Source of the DNA: Bacteroides sp. CAG:443
GTDB taxonomy: Bacteria; Bacteroidota; Bacteroidia; Bacteroidales; Bacteroidaceae
NCBI GenBank assembly: GCA_000432735.1
Contig: FR887775.1
Coordinates: 21,074 to 85,073, forward strand
Length of the DNA: 64,000 nt
Reading direction: 5' to 3'
Each line of letters starts with the position of its first letter. Within the stretch, counting starts at the first letter, position 1. The notes beneath the pieces were generated by a model. It was not told the DNA's origin and made no database searches. It was given only the letters and a program-made list of their open reading frames with translations. This document shows, in pieces, positions 28,646 through 39,426 of this stretch. The position numbers were made by a program, and so were the translations under genes.

Positions 28646-29536
28646 ATGAAAGGTATAGTTTTAGCCGGAGGTTCGGGTACACGCCTCTACCCCATTACAA
28701 AAGGAGTTTCGAAGCAGTTGCTTCCTATTTTCGACAAGCCTATGGTATATTATCCTATTTCAGTATTGATGCTTGCCGGAATACGTGATATACTGATAAT
28801 ATCTACTCCATACGATCTTCCGGGATTCCGTCGTTTGCTGGGTGACGGAAGTGATTTTGGTGTACATTTTGAATATGCCGAACAGCCTTCACCCGACGGA
28901 CTAGCACAGGCTTTCATCATTGGAGAAAAGTTTATCGGCAATGATGCCGTTTGTCTGGTACTTGGCGATAACATTTTCCACGGGAATGGATTTACTGCCA
29001 TGCTGAAAGAAGCTGTCCGCACAGCGGAAGAAGAAGCTAAAGCGACTGTATTCGGCTACTGGGTCAGTGATCCTGAGCGTTATGGAGTTGCGGAGTTCGA
29101 CGAGGCTGGCAACTGTCTTTCCATTGAAGAAAAGCCTGAACATCCCAAATCGAATTATGCCGTTACGGGACTTTATTTCTATCCGAACAAGGTTGTAGAC
29201 ATAGCCAAGCATATCAAACCGTCGGCACGTGGTGAGCTGGAAATCACAACCGTCAACCAACGTTTCCTTGCCGATGGAGAATTAAAAGTGCAAACACTGG
29301 GACGTGGATTTGCATGGCTTGACACGGGAACACACGATTCGCTGGCAGAAGCATCTACTTATATCGAAGTGATAGAAAAACGTCAGGGACTGAAAGTAGC
29401 CTGTCTGGAAGGCATTGCTTTACGCCATGGCTGGATCACAGCCGAAAAAATGCGTCAGCTCGCACAGCCTATGCTAAAGAACCAATATGGCCAGTACCTG
29501 CTGAAAGTAATCGACGAACTGGGACTAAACGATTAA
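28646..29536 (+). CDS. rfbA: Glucose-1-phosphate thymidylyltransferase.
   Basis: [38 protein letters not shown] is a near-canonical RmlA N-terminus. Confidence 0.9.
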   Translation: MKGIVLAGGSGTRLYPITKGVSKQLLPIFDKPMVYYPISVLMLAGIRDILIISTPYDLPGFRRLLGDGSDFGVHFEYAEQPSPDGLAQAFIIGEKFIGNDAVCLVLGDNIFHGNGFTAMLKEAVRTAEEEAKATVFGYWVSDPERYGVAEFDEAGNCLSIEEKPEHPKSNYAVTGLYFYPNKVVDIAKHIKPSARGELEITTVNQRFLADGELKVQTLGRGFAWLDTGTHDSLAEASTYIEVIEKRQGLKVACLEGIALRHGWITAEKMRQLAQPMLKNQYGQYLLKVIDELGLND

Positions 29537-29557
29537 ATACTTATTTATATACAGAAG

Positions 29558-30130
29558 ATGAACGTTATCAAAACAGCTATCGACGGGGTAGTTATTATCG
29601 AACCCCGTTTGTTTAAAGACGACAGAGGATATTTTTTTGAATCTTTTTCTGAAAGAGATTTCAACGCACAAGTACGTACCGTACGTTTCGTGCAGGACAA
29701 TGAAAGTAAATCAAGTTATGGAGTATTGCGCGGACTGCATTTCCAGAAACCACCTTTCGCACAAAGCAAGCTGGTTCGCGTGGTAAAAGGAGCTGTCCTC
29801 GACGTAGCAGTCGACATTCGTAAAGGCTCTCCTACTTTCGGCCAGCATGTGGCAGTTGAACTGACCGAAGAAAATCATCGCCAGTTCTTCATTCCACGTG
29901 GCTTCGCTCATGGTTTCAGTGTCCTGACCGATGAAGTTATCTTCCAGTATAAGTGCGACAACTTCTATGCTCCTCAGAGTGAAGGTGCCATAGCATGGAA
30001 TGATCCGGCTCTCGGCATTGACTGGCGGATTCCGGCTGACAAGGTTGTTCTTTCTGAAAAAGACAAACATCATCCGCTCCTGAAGGAGGCCGACTGGCTA
30101 TTCAACTACGAAGAAGATCTTTACAAATAA
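29558..30130 (+). CDS. rfbC: dTDP-4-dehydrorhamnose 3,5-epimerase.
   Basis: RmlC cupin signature (GVLRGLHFQ..., FIPRGFAHGF). It lies directly downstream of rfbA. Confidence 0.9.
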   Translation: MNVIKTAIDGVVIIEPRLFKDDRGYFFESFSERDFNAQVRTVRFVQDNESKSSYGVLRGLHFQKPPFAQSKLVRVVKGAVLDVAVDIRKGSPTFGQHVAVELTEENHRQFFIPRGFAHGFSVLTDEVIFQYKCDNFYAPQSEGAIAWNDPALGIDWRIPADKVVLSEKDKHHPLLKEADWLFNYEEDLYK

Positions 30131-30228
30131 GGAGAGATCATAACTAAAAGAGGATATATCCCTGGCTATCATGCAGTAGCCGAAGAATATATCCTTTTTT
30201 TATGTGATCTAATCAGAACGAATGACAA

Positions 30229-30672
30229 TCAATCGTCATCCCGGTCCATATCAATCAAGTTATACTTCAAATCGAACTTCAACTCCCAGAAATTTGACAA
30301 TCTCACTTCATATTCGTAGCGGTCCTTTTCAATCTGTAAGATTTTAGCATCCGGATAATTTGTCTTTACGTACTTTACAATCTGTGTCGGAACAGCTGCT
30401 TCGGGAACGAACGTACGTTTACATTTCATTTCTGTCCAGTTGCCTTGCTTATCAAACTCTATTTTGTCTCCGTCGACAAACATCACGTCGTAAGTTGTAT
30501 CGAACAAGCCTTTATCTACCTTTGAGAATGCCACATTCTTATTGGCAAAATGTTTCTTTACAAACGACTGAGCTGCCTTCGGAAGTTGTTCGAAACTGAT
30601 AGGTTTATCATTATCTGCCATTACAACTTGCATTGTGAACAAACAAACCAGGAAGAATACCAATTTTTTCAT
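30229..30672 (-). CDS. PepSY-like / beta-lactamase-inhibitor-like periplasmic protein (DUF2874-like).
   Basis: Signal peptide. Repeated LP.A...F......YP.A.I..IE.D...YEV.L patterning. Confidence 0.6.
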   Translation of the reverse strand: MKKLVFFLVCLFTMQVVMADNDKPISFEQLPKAAQSFVKKHFANKNVAFSKVDKGLFDTTYDVMFVDGDKIEFDKQGNWTEMKCKRTFVPEAAVPTQIVKYVKTNYPDAKILQIEKDRYEYEVRLSNFWELKFDLKYNLIDMDRDDD

Positions 30673-30782
30673 AATCGTAATTTTTTAAGTTTATACTTGT
30701 TTTGCTTTAATTTTCCACTGCAAAACTATTGTCCGAATCTGAAAAGAATTGGGAATCTTCCTGTAAAATTCGTTTTTTTATT

Positions 30783-32315
30783 TTATTTCTTCATCTTGAG
30801 CTCATACAAGTCGTTACGACGGTCGCGAAGGTTACGTACACTTCCGTATGTATGCAACTCGTTCAGCAAATCAAGGTCTACATCCGATACCAGAATCATT
30901 TCCGTATTCGGAGTCGCTTCAGCACGTTTTCCATCTGTCGGGAATCCAAAGTCACAAGGAGTAAATACTCCCGACTGCGCATACTGAATATCCATATTGT
31001 GAACACGCGGCAAGTTACCTACACTTCCTGCTATTACGACGAAGCACTCATTTTCTATGGCACGAGCCTGTGCGCATACACGTACACGCGAATAACCATT
31101 CTGCGTATCGGTCAGGAAAGGAACAAACAATATCTGCATACCCTGATCAGCCATAAGACGTGACAGTTCTGGGAATTCCACATCGTAACAAATCAGCACA
31201 CCGATCTTGGCGCAGTCCGTATCGAATGTCTTTACCATACGTCCGCCACTCAGTCCCCAGCTCTTTACTTCGTCCGGGGTAACATGTACTTTTTCGTACA
31301 TTTCGTACGTACCGTCACGACGGCACAGGAAACCAACGTTGTACAATCCGTTATCTTCCTTTACATAAGGCATACTTCCGGTAATAATATTGATGTTATG
31401 CTTGATGGCAAGATTGATGAAACGGTCGCGAACCTCTTCCGTATATTGAGCCAGAGCACGGATAGACTGAGCTTCTCCCATGTCGTTAAACTTTGCCATC
31501 AACGGAGCATTGAAATATTCGGGGAACAATACAAAATCACTCTGATAGCCAGATACGGCATCGATAAAGAACTCTACCTGTTCGAATACGTCATCCAGCG
31601 TCTTGTACGAACGCATCTGCCACTGAACCAGTCCCACACGAACCGTTGTCTTACGGTCTACATACGAATCTGTAGGCGGCTGATAATAAATGTTATCCCA
31701 CTGCAACAAAGTGGCGCAATGCTTGGATTCCTCATCGTTCGGCAAATAATTACGCATCACACGACGTACGTGGAAATCGTTTGAAAGCTGGAAAGTCAAT
31801 ACCGGGTCATAAATTTCACGCGAACGGACTTTCTCAATATATTCCTTCGGACGCATCGTATCGGCATACTTGTGATAGTTTGGAATACGTCCGCCAAACA
31901 TAATGGCTTTCAGATTCAGCTTTTCACAAAGTTCCTTACGGTATTCATACATACGGCGAGCCAGTCTCAGACCTCTATAATCGGGATGAATGAATACTTC
32001 TATACCATACAAAATATTCCCTTTAGGATTATGTGTATTGAATGTTTCGTTTCCTGTTACTTTTGCATACGTATGATCTCCCTTTACCATATCGTAATCT
32101 ACAATGATAGAAAGTGCACATCCCACAATCTTATCATCAACGACGGTAACAATCTGTCCTTCTGGAAAAATCTTAATTAACTTCTCTATCTGCTCATGTG
32201 TCCAGAATACATCCTTGTCTGCATAAACGCGGGTAAACGACTGAGCTAACTGGGCATAGTCCTCGATTTGCAGGTTGCGGACTTCCACCTTGTTGATCTT
32301 TTGAATCGGTTTCAT
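30783..32315 (-). CDS. Bifunctional GNAT N-acetyltransferase / carbon-nitrogen hydrolase (nitrilase superfamily).
   Basis: The N-terminal GNAT fold is ...IVGCALSIIVDYD...GIEVFIHPDYRGLRLARRMYEY. The C-terminal CN-hydrolase domain has the ECFVV... and GVLICYD motifs. The start is probably the ATG at 32315. Confidence 0.75.
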   Translation of the reverse strand: MKPIQKINKVEVRNLQIEDYAQLAQSFTRVYADKDVFWTHEQIEKLIKIFPEGQIVTVVDDKIVGCALSIIVDYDMVKGDHTYAKVTGNETFNTHNPKGNILYGIEVFIHPDYRGLRLARRMYEYRKELCEKLNLKAIMFGGRIPNYHKYADTMRPKEYIEKVRSREIYDPVLTFQLSNDFHVRRVMRNYLPNDEESKHCATLLQWDNIYYQPPTDSYVDRKTTVRVGLVQWQMRSYKTLDDVFEQVEFFIDAVSGYQSDFVLFPEYFNAPLMAKFNDMGEAQSIRALAQYTEEVRDRFINLAIKHNINIITGSMPYVKEDNGLYNVGFLCRRDGTYEMYEKVHVTPDEVKSWGLSGGRMVKTFDTDCAKIGVLICYDVEFPELSRLMADQGMQILFVPFLTDTQNGYSRVRVCAQARAIENECFVVIAGSVGNLPRVHNMDIQYAQSGVFTPCDFGFPTDGKRAEATPNTEMILVSDVDLDLLNELHTYGSVRNLRDRRNDLYELKMKK

Positions 32316-32669
32316 AACATCTATTGTTTTTGCGGAGCAAAAGTACAAATAAATCTATTTAGCTATACCATAGGTCATCATTTTTTCAGCCAGCTCTTTG
32401 TCTAAAGGATAAGGATAGCCGGAAACGGTTTCCCCTTCGGACTCGTTCCAGAGCATTCCGTTAAAATCATGCGATTGTATATACGGCTATATAAATTTAG
32501 ATTGTTTAAACAAGTTAAGCCATTCTCGGAATACGTAAAATTGTCATAAGCCACGAAATGGTTTTCAATATAAATGTAAGAAAAACAAGCAAGTCTTGGT
32601 CATGCTAGTTTTTTAATATAACTTTGCCCTTAATAAAATGAGATTTAATCTTTTGAGAAAAGTTTATTT

Positions 32670-33743
32670 ATGAGAAAAGTTGCTTTAATTACCGGTATTA
32701 CCGGACAAGACGGTTCTTACCTGGCCGAATTTCTTATTGAGAAAGGTTATGAGGTCCATGGTATCCTGCGCCGTTCATCGTCATTCAATACGGGACGTAT
32801 TGAACATTTATATCTGGACGAATGGGTGCGCGACATGAAACAATCGCGTTTAGTCAATCTGCATTGGGGAGATATGACTGACTCCAGTTCGCTGATCCGT
32901 ATCATTGGCGACATCCACCCTACCGAGATTTATAACCTGGCAGCCCAAAGCCATGTAAAGGTTTCATTCGATGTTCCTGAATATACGGCCGAAGCTGATG
33001 CTATAGGCACATTACGGTTGCTGGAAGCCGTACGTATTTGTGGATTGGAAAAGACTTGCCGTATCTACCAGGCATCTACTTCCGAACTTTTCGGAAAGGT
33101 ACAGGAAGTTCCTCAAAAAGAAACAACCCCATTCTACCCACGCTCTCCGTACGGAGTAGCCAAACAATATGGCTTCTGGATTACCAAGAACTATCGTGAA
33201 AGCTACAATATGTTTGCCGTAAACGGAATCTTGTTCAACCACGAGTCCGAGCGCCGAGGAGAAACTTTCGTAACCCGAAAAATCACACTGGCTGCTGCAC
33301 GTATCAAACAAGGGTTCCAAGATAAATTATATCTGGGTAACTTGGATGCACGCCGTGACTGGGGATATGCCAAAGATTATGTAGAATGTATGTGGCTTAT
33401 CCTGCAATATGAAAAGCCTGAAGACTTTGTTATAGCAACCGGAGAAATGCATACCGTACGTGAATTCTGTACACTGGCCTTCCAGTATTTAGGTATTGAA
33501 CTTGAATGGCAAGGAAGTGGCGTTGACGAAAAAGGTATCGACCGTGCAACCGGACGTGTATTGGTAGAAGTTGATCCCAAATATTTCCGCCCGTGTGAAG
33601 TTGAACAGTTACTGGGTGACCCAAGCAAAGCCAAAGATTTGTTGGGCTGGAATCCGACAAAGACTCCTTTCGCAGAACTCGTACGTATCATGGTAGAGCA
33701 TGACATGAAGTTCGTAAAGAAATTGCATACAAAAGTAGTATAA
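32670..33743 (+). CDS. gmd: GDP-mannose 4,6-dehydratase.
   Basis: [32 protein letters not shown] is a canonical Gmd N-terminus. Confidence 0.9.
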   Translation: MRKVALITGITGQDGSYLAEFLIEKGYEVHGILRRSSSFNTGRIEHLYLDEWVRDMKQSRLVNLHWGDMTDSSSLIRIIGDIHPTEIYNLAAQSHVKVSFDVPEYTAEADAIGTLRLLEAVRICGLEKTCRIYQASTSELFGKVQEVPQKETTPFYPRSPYGVAKQYGFWITKNYRESYNMFAVNGILFNHESERRGETFVTRKITLAAARIKQGFQDKLYLGNLDARRDWGYAKDYVECMWLILQYEKPEDFVIATGEMHTVREFCTLAFQYLGIELEWQGSGVDEKGIDRATGRVLVEVDPKYFRPCEVEQLLGDPSKAKDLLGWNPTKTPFAELVRIMVEHDMKFVKKLHTKVV

Positions 33744-33878
33744 TTGCCGTGCTTCGATTCTGCAATAGAAGAAGTAGAAATGGAAGTCCGTTTCTTTAGT
33801 TTTGCTTAGAACTTGAAAAATTTCAGGAACGCGGACTTAGTTATTACAGTCCGCGTTTCTGCTTTAACGTAATTCAAC

Positions 33879-34979
33879 ATGTTAGAAAAATCAGCAAAAA
33901 TATACGTAGCAGGGCATCGTGGGCTGGTTGGCTCTGCTATTTGGGAAAATCTGATACAGCGCGGATATACGAACTTGGTAGGACGCACACATAAAGAACT
34001 AGACCTGCTCGATCCGGTAGCTGTACGGACATTTTTCGATGAAGAATGTCCCGATGCCGTTGTTCTGGCAGCAGCACATGTGGGAGGCATTATGGCAAAC
34101 CTGCAATACCGCGCAGATTTCATTTACCAGAATTTACAAATCCAGCAGAACGTAATAGGAGAAAGCTTCCGTCACGGAGTAAAGAAATTATTATTCTTAG
34201 GCAGCACATGTATTTATCCACGCGAGGCTCCTCAACCAATGAAAGAGGAAGCTCTGCTTACCTCTCCACTGGAATACACCAACGAACCGTATGCTATTGC
34301 AAAAATCGCCGGATTGAAGATGTGTGAGAGCTTCAACTTGCAATATGGTACAAATTACATTGCAGTAATGCCAACCAACTTATATGGTCCTAACGATAAT
34401 TTCCATCTTGAAAACAGTCATGTATTGCCAGCCATGATCCGCAAAATCCATCTGGCTAAATGCCTGAATGAAGGCAACTGGGATGCTGTCCGCAAGGATA
34501 TCAATCTGCGACCGGTGGAAGGTGTGAACGGCAACTGCTCCAATCAGGAAATTCTAGACAAGCTGGAAAAATTCGGTATTACTCCTCAGGCTGTCACTCT
34601 TTGGGGAACCGGCAAGCCGTTGCGCGAATTTTTGTGGAGTGAAGAAATGGCAGATGCCAGCGTTCACGTATTACTGAATGTAGACTTCAAAGATACTTAT
34701 ACTGAAGGAGCGAAAGAAATCCGTAATTGCCACATCAACGTTGGTACGGGTAAAGAGCTGTCCATCCGTGAAGTTGCTGAAAAAATCATGAAAGAAATTG
34801 ATTTTAAAGGCGAACTGCACTGGGATGCTTCCAAGCCAGATGGAACCATGCGCAAGCTGACAGATGTTTCCAAACTGCATGGTTTAGGCTGGCACCACAA
34901 GATTGAGATAGACGAAGGTATACACCGCTTGTATGAATGGTACCTGAAAGGTATTTGCATCAATCATCAAACCGTATAA
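33879..34979 (+). CDS. fcl: GDP-L-fucose synthase (GDP-4-keto-6-deoxymannose epimerase/reductase).
   Basis: IYVAGHRGLVGSAI Rossmann N-terminus and an SDR-extended pattern. It lies directly downstream of gmd. Confidence 0.85.
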   Translation: MLEKSAKIYVAGHRGLVGSAIWENLIQRGYTNLVGRTHKELDLLDPVAVRTFFDEECPDAVVLAAAHVGGIMANLQYRADFIYQNLQIQQNVIGESFRHGVKKLLFLGSTCIYPREAPQPMKEEALLTSPLEYTNEPYAIAKIAGLKMCESFNLQYGTNYIAVMPTNLYGPNDNFHLENSHVLPAMIRKIHLAKCLNEGNWDAVRKDINLRPVEGVNGNCSNQEILDKLEKFGITPQAVTLWGTGKPLREFLWSEEMADASVHVLLNVDFKDTYTEGAKEIRNCHINVGTGKELSIREVAEKIMKEIDFKGELHWDASKPDGTMRKLTDVSKLHGLGWHHKIEIDEGIHRLYEWYLKGICINHQTV

Positions 34980-34984
34980 CAAAA

Positions 34985-37843
34985 ATGAAAAAATTATTAT
35001 CGCTTCCACCAAATCTGGTGGAATGCTTTTACGATATAGAACATGCCAACCGAAACGAATGGTTTTGTACGTCCGATCCTATAGGAGCAAAATTAGGATC
35101 TGGAGGAGGGACTGCATGGCTTCTACAAGCATGCAAGACAGAGGAAGGAAATACCTCCTCACTCACTGACTGGCTAGGCAATGAAAAACGTATTCTACTA
35201 CATGCCGGCGGACAAAGTCGAAGATTACCAGCTTATGCTCCATCTGGAAAAATATTGACACCCATCCCGGTATTCCGCTGGGGACGCGGACAACGGCTCA
35301 CACAGAATCTGTTGTCGCTCCAGCTCCCGCTTTACGAGCAGATTATGCAAAAGGCCCCCGATGGCTTGCATACTCTCATTGCCAGCGGCGATGTATACAT
35401 TCGCGCCAAGGAAGCGCTACAAGATATTCCAGATGCCGACGTTGTATGCTACGGATTATGGGTAGACCCTGAACTGGCAAAGAATCACGGCGTATTTGTT
35501 TCTTCACGCACCAATCCAGAGGAACTGGACTTTATGCTTCAGAAACCCAGTGTAGAAGAACTGGGCTCTTTGATGCAGAATTATCTCTTCCTGATGGATA
35601 TCGGTATTTGGCTGCTAAGCGACCGGGCTGTAGAACTGATGGTAAAACGCTCAACTAAATCAGACGGATCCATCGGCTTTTATGACATGTATTCCGAATT
35701 CGGTCCGGCCTTGGGCAAACATCCGCGTATAAACGACAAGGAGTTGAATGAACTGACTGTAGCAATCCTTCCACTACCGGGAGGAGAATTCCATCATTAC
35801 GGAACAAGTCGGGAAATGATTTCATCTACACTGGCTGTACAGAATTGTGTCATCGACCAGCGTGCCATCATGCATAAAAAGGTAAAACCGCATCCGGCTA
35901 TCTTTGTACAAAATGCAATAATCGATTATACACTGACAGCAGACAATCCTGAAGTCTGGATAGAAAACAGTTGTATAGGTAAAGGCTGGTCTCTCCACCG
36001 CCGCAACATCATCACAGGAGTCCCTGTCAATCAATGGCATATCAATGTACCCGAAGGTATTTGTATCGATGTAGTGCCAATGGGAGAAAACGACTATGTA
36101 GCTCGTCCTTATGGCTTCAACGACGCTTTCAAAGGAAGTTTGGATAATGACTCTACACTCTATCAAGGAATACCGGTAAAGGAATGGCTTACCCTTCGCG
36201 GACTAAGTCCGGAAAATATTGAACAGCCTTACGACCTTCAGGCTGCCCGTATCTTCCCGGTATGTCATACGATTGAGGATTTGGGATTAGTCATACGATG
36301 GATGACCAGTGAGCCCGAATTAGAAGCGGGAAAAGAAATTTGGCTGAAATCTAAAAAAGTATCGGCTGATGAGATTTCTGCCTATGCTAATCTGCGCAGA
36401 CTGACACAGCAGCGCAACTTGTTCCGCAAGGATAGTTGGACTGCTTTGGCAAAAAACTACGAGCGCAGTGTGTTCTATCAGATCAATTTGCAAGAAGCAG
36501 CAGAAGAATATGCACGCTACCAGTTGCCGCTGCCTGCTCCCCTTCCCGATTCAGCTCCTCTGATGACACGTATCAGCGATGCGATGTTCCGTGCACGAAC
36601 ATTACAACTTTGTGATACTGACGGACAGCGAACAAATGAAATTGCACGGGAAGAAGAAAAAGCATTCAGTCTGATGCGCGAAGGCCTGACTTCGACGGTC
36701 GACCACAAACAGCAGCCTCGCCTTTCGGTTTATCCGGACCAGATTGTATGGGGACGAAGCCCCGTACGTATTGACCTGGCAGGAGGATGGACCGATACAC
36801 CGCCCTATAGTCTGATGGAAGGCGGAAATGTGGTAAATATCGCCATCGAATTAAACGGGCAACCTCCGTTACAAGTGTATGTAAAACCTTGCAAGGAGTA
36901 CAAAATCATTCTCCGTTCCATTGATTTGGGAGCAATGGAAGTTATTACGACTTTCGAAGAACTTCATACCTTTAATAAGGTAGGTTCTCCCTTCTCTATT
37001 CCTAAGGCCGCATTGGTATTAGCCGGCTTCCATCCTGATTTCTCAGCCGAAACTTGTACCTCATTAGAGGATAAGCTTCGCTCTTTCGGAGCAGGTATTG
37101 AAGTAACCCTTCTTTCAGCCATTCCTGCCGGTTCCGGATTAGGTACAAGTTCCATTCTTGCATCTACAGTCTTGGGAGCGATTAATGATTTCTGCGGCCT
37201 GAACTGGGATAAACATGAAATAGGTAGTCGCACACTTATACTGGAACAACTGCTTACTACCGGTGGTGGCTGGCAAGATCAATACGGAGGAGTCCTGCAA
37301 GGTGTTAAATTGTTACAAACGCATTCCGGATGGAATCAGGAACCCATGGTACGCTGGCTCCCCGATCATCTGTTTACAGGCGATGAATACCGTCAGTGCC
37401 ATCTGCTGTATTATACGGGTATTACCCGTACGGCAAAAGGTATCCTGGCCGAAATCGTACGTGGAATGTTCCTCAATTCGACAGAACATCTGAACCTGCT
37501 TGGACAGATGAAGCAACATGCACTCGATCTATACGATGCCATCCTGCGCAGCAGTTTCGAAGAAATGGGACGTTTGGTTCGAAAGACCTGGCAACAGAAT
37601 CAGTTGCTTGATGCCGGAACCAATCCGGCTGCGGTAGCTGCCATAACCCGCCAGATAGACGATCTCTGCTTAGGATACAAACTTCCTGGAGCCGGAGGAG
37701 GAGGATATTTGTACATGGTCGCAAAAGATCCGGAAGCAGCCGTACGCATTCGCAAAATTCTGACTCAGAATCCACCCAACAATCGTGCCCGTTTCGTTGA
37801 AATGAGTCTTTCGAACAAAGGACTGGAAGTGAGCCGCAGTTAA
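34985..37843 (+). CDS. fkp: Bifunctional L-fucokinase / L-fucose-1-phosphate guanylyltransferase (Fkp).
   Basis: About 950 aa. It has an N-terminal nucleotidyltransferase region and a C-terminal GHMP kinase region (PAGSGLGTSSILASTVLGAI). The start is taken at the ATG at 34985, not at the ORF-track start that overlaps fcl. Confidence 0.8.
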   Translation: MKKLLSLPPNLVECFYDIEHANRNEWFCTSDPIGAKLGSGGGTAWLLQACKTEEGNTSSLTDWLGNEKRILLHAGGQSRRLPAYAPSGKILTPIPVFRWGRGQRLTQNLLSLQLPLYEQIMQKAPDGLHTLIASGDVYIRAKEALQDIPDADVVCYGLWVDPELAKNHGVFVSSRTNPEELDFMLQKPSVEELGSLMQNYLFLMDIGIWLLSDRAVELMVKRSTKSDGSIGFYDMYSEFGPALGKHPRINDKELNELTVAILPLPGGEFHHYGTSREMISSTLAVQNCVIDQRAIMHKKVKPHPAIFVQNAIIDYTLTADNPEVWIENSCIGKGWSLHRRNIITGVPVNQWHINVPEGICIDVVPMGENDYVARPYGFNDAFKGSLDNDSTLYQGIPVKEWLTLRGLSPENIEQPYDLQAARIFPVCHTIEDLGLVIRWMTSEPELEAGKEIWLKSKKVSADEISAYANLRRLTQQRNLFRKDSWTALAKNYERSVFYQINLQEAAEEYARYQLPLPAPLPDSAPLMTRISDAMFRARTLQLCDTDGQRTNEIAREEEKAFSLMREGLTSTVDHKQQPRLSVYPDQIVWGRSPVRIDLAGGWTDTPPYSLMEGGNVVNIAIELNGQPPLQVYVKPCKEYKIILRSIDLGAMEVITTFEELHTFNKVGSPFSIPKAALVLAGFHPDFSAETCTSLEDKLRSFGAGIEVTLLSAIPAGSGLGTSSILASTVLGAINDFCGLNWDKHEIGSRTLILEQLLTTGGGWQDQYGGVLQGVKLLQTHSGWNQEPMVRWLPDHLFTGDEYRQCHLLYYTGITRTAKGILAEIVRGMFLNSTEHLNLLGQMKQHALDLYDAILRSSFEEMGRLVRKTWQQNQLLDAGTNPAAVAAITRQIDDLCLGYKLPGAGGGGYLYMVAKDPEAAVRIRKILTQNPPNNRARFVEMSLSNKGLEVSRS

Positions 37844-37862
37844 ACATTATCAAGAAAGTTAT

Positions 37863-39080
37863 ATGAAGCCAAAAATAAAATTGGTACAGACGGCCGACGG
37901 GGTGAATTACCTCGTGCCGTTTGTACTCATTACTACATTGTTCTTTTTGTGGGGATTTGCCCATAGCATTCTGGATGTACTGAACAAACATTTTCAAGAT
38001 GCACTAAGTATTTCGAAAACACATTCCGCACTAGTGCAGGCTGTTGTATACGGTGGATATTTCCTGATGGCCATGCCTGCGGGAGAAATCATCCGTCGCT
38101 ACGGCTATCGGGCAGGAGTTGTCACCGGATTGTTACTCTACGGTATCGGGGCACTCATGTTTATTCCGGGAGAACGGATTATGTCTTTCGAATTTTTCTT
38201 GTTATCGTTATTTATCATCGGATGTGGACTGACTTGTCTGGAAACAGCAGCCAATCCCTACGTGACAGTATTAGGCGACAAAGAATCTTCTGAAAGAAGA
38301 ATTAATCTGGCACAGTCATTCAACGGACTAGGATGGATCTGCGGTCCGCTGGTCGGAGGACTGTTTCTTTTCTCTGCCGACGGTGGAAGCGGAAACATTG
38401 CCATTCCATACGCTATCATCGGCATACTGGTACTTCTTGTAGCGATTGTCTTTGCACGCATTCATTTGCCTGAAATAGCTCTTCCAGAAGAACCGACAGG
38501 AGCAACTACGACTTGTGAACGATCTTCTTTATGGAAGCATCGCAACTTCACCTTCGGACTTATTGCCCTGTTTTTCTATGTTGCAGCCCAAACAGGAATC
38601 AACAGCTTCTTTATCAACTATGTGACAGAGCATGTCAACATATCTGCCCGTGAAGCTGCCCTATGGCTTTCGTTTGTAGGTATGGGATTGTTCATGGCAG
38701 GACGAATGGCTGGCAGCTGGGTTATGGGATTCATTCGTGCCGAACGTCTATTAGCTTTTGTATCAGCGGGAGCTATAGTGGCAATGGTATTAGTTATTAT
38801 GGGATTAGGTAACATATCCTCAGGAGCTTTCTTCTTTTGCTTTTTATGTGAATCGATTATGTTCCCTACCATTTTTGCCTTAGCCATCCGCGGTGTAGGC
38901 GAACATACCAAACGAGCTTCCTCGTACCTTATTATGAGTATTGTAGGTGGTGCTATAGCTCCCATTATCATGGGCTACATAGCTGATACAATCAATACTG
39001 CCACTGGATTCATTGTACCTCTGCTCTGCTTCATCGTTATATTGGCCTATGCCATCGATTTGCAGAAGAAAAAGAAATGA
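37863..39080 (+). CDS. fucP: L-fucose:H+ symporter (MFS).
   Basis: 12-TM MFS. The LFFLWGFAHSILDVLNKHFQD N-terminal motif is typical of FucP. Confidence 0.85.
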   Translation: MKPKIKLVQTADGVNYLVPFVLITTLFFLWGFAHSILDVLNKHFQDALSISKTHSALVQAVVYGGYFLMAMPAGEIIRRYGYRAGVVTGLLLYGIGALMFIPGERIMSFEFFLLSLFIIGCGLTCLETAANPYVTVLGDKESSERRINLAQSFNGLGWICGPLVGGLFLFSADGGSGNIAIPYAIIGILVLLVAIVFARIHLPEIALPEEPTGATTTCERSSLWKHRNFTFGLIALFFYVAAQTGINSFFINYVTEHVNISAREAALWLSFVGMGLFMAGRMAGSWVMGFIRAERLLAFVSAGAIVAMVLVIMGLGNISSGAFFFCFLCESIMFPTIFALAIRGVGEHTKRASSYLIMSIVGGAIAPIIMGYIADTINTATGFIVPLLCFIVILAYAIDLQKKKK

Positions 39081-39214
39081 TTTTCGCTAAGTGATGAATC
39101 TCAACATAGAATTTTGGAATTCTTTTTCTTATTGAAACGAAAAGGGGCTGTTAAAGAGGCCGTCTCAAAATAGAATTTCAAAAGTAAAAATCTTATAGAT
39201 CGAAGCTTAGAAGT

Positions 39215-39272
39215 AAAAAATCTCCTACTTTTAGTCCTGTAATTGAAAAAAAAGACTAAAGTAGGAGATTTT
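39215..39272. terminator. Perfect 21-bp-stem hairpin (AAAAATCTCCTACTTTTAGTC / GACTAAAGTAGGAGATTTTT) with an A-run on the 5' side and a T-run on the 3' side. It acts as a bidirectional terminator between convergent fucP and pflA.
   Basis: Seen in the sequence. The loop is 17 nt. Confidence 0.55.
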
Positions 39273-39426
39273 TATGTTGTAACTTATAGATTATAAGTAA
39301 ACCTATCTTAGCTTTACAGTCACTATATATGTAATGAAGCTTTAATTTCCAATCACCTCTCGTTTCATAGATTTATAATAAACAAGTTACGCCATGCAAC
39401 CAGTCATGTAGGTATAAAGCAAAAAA

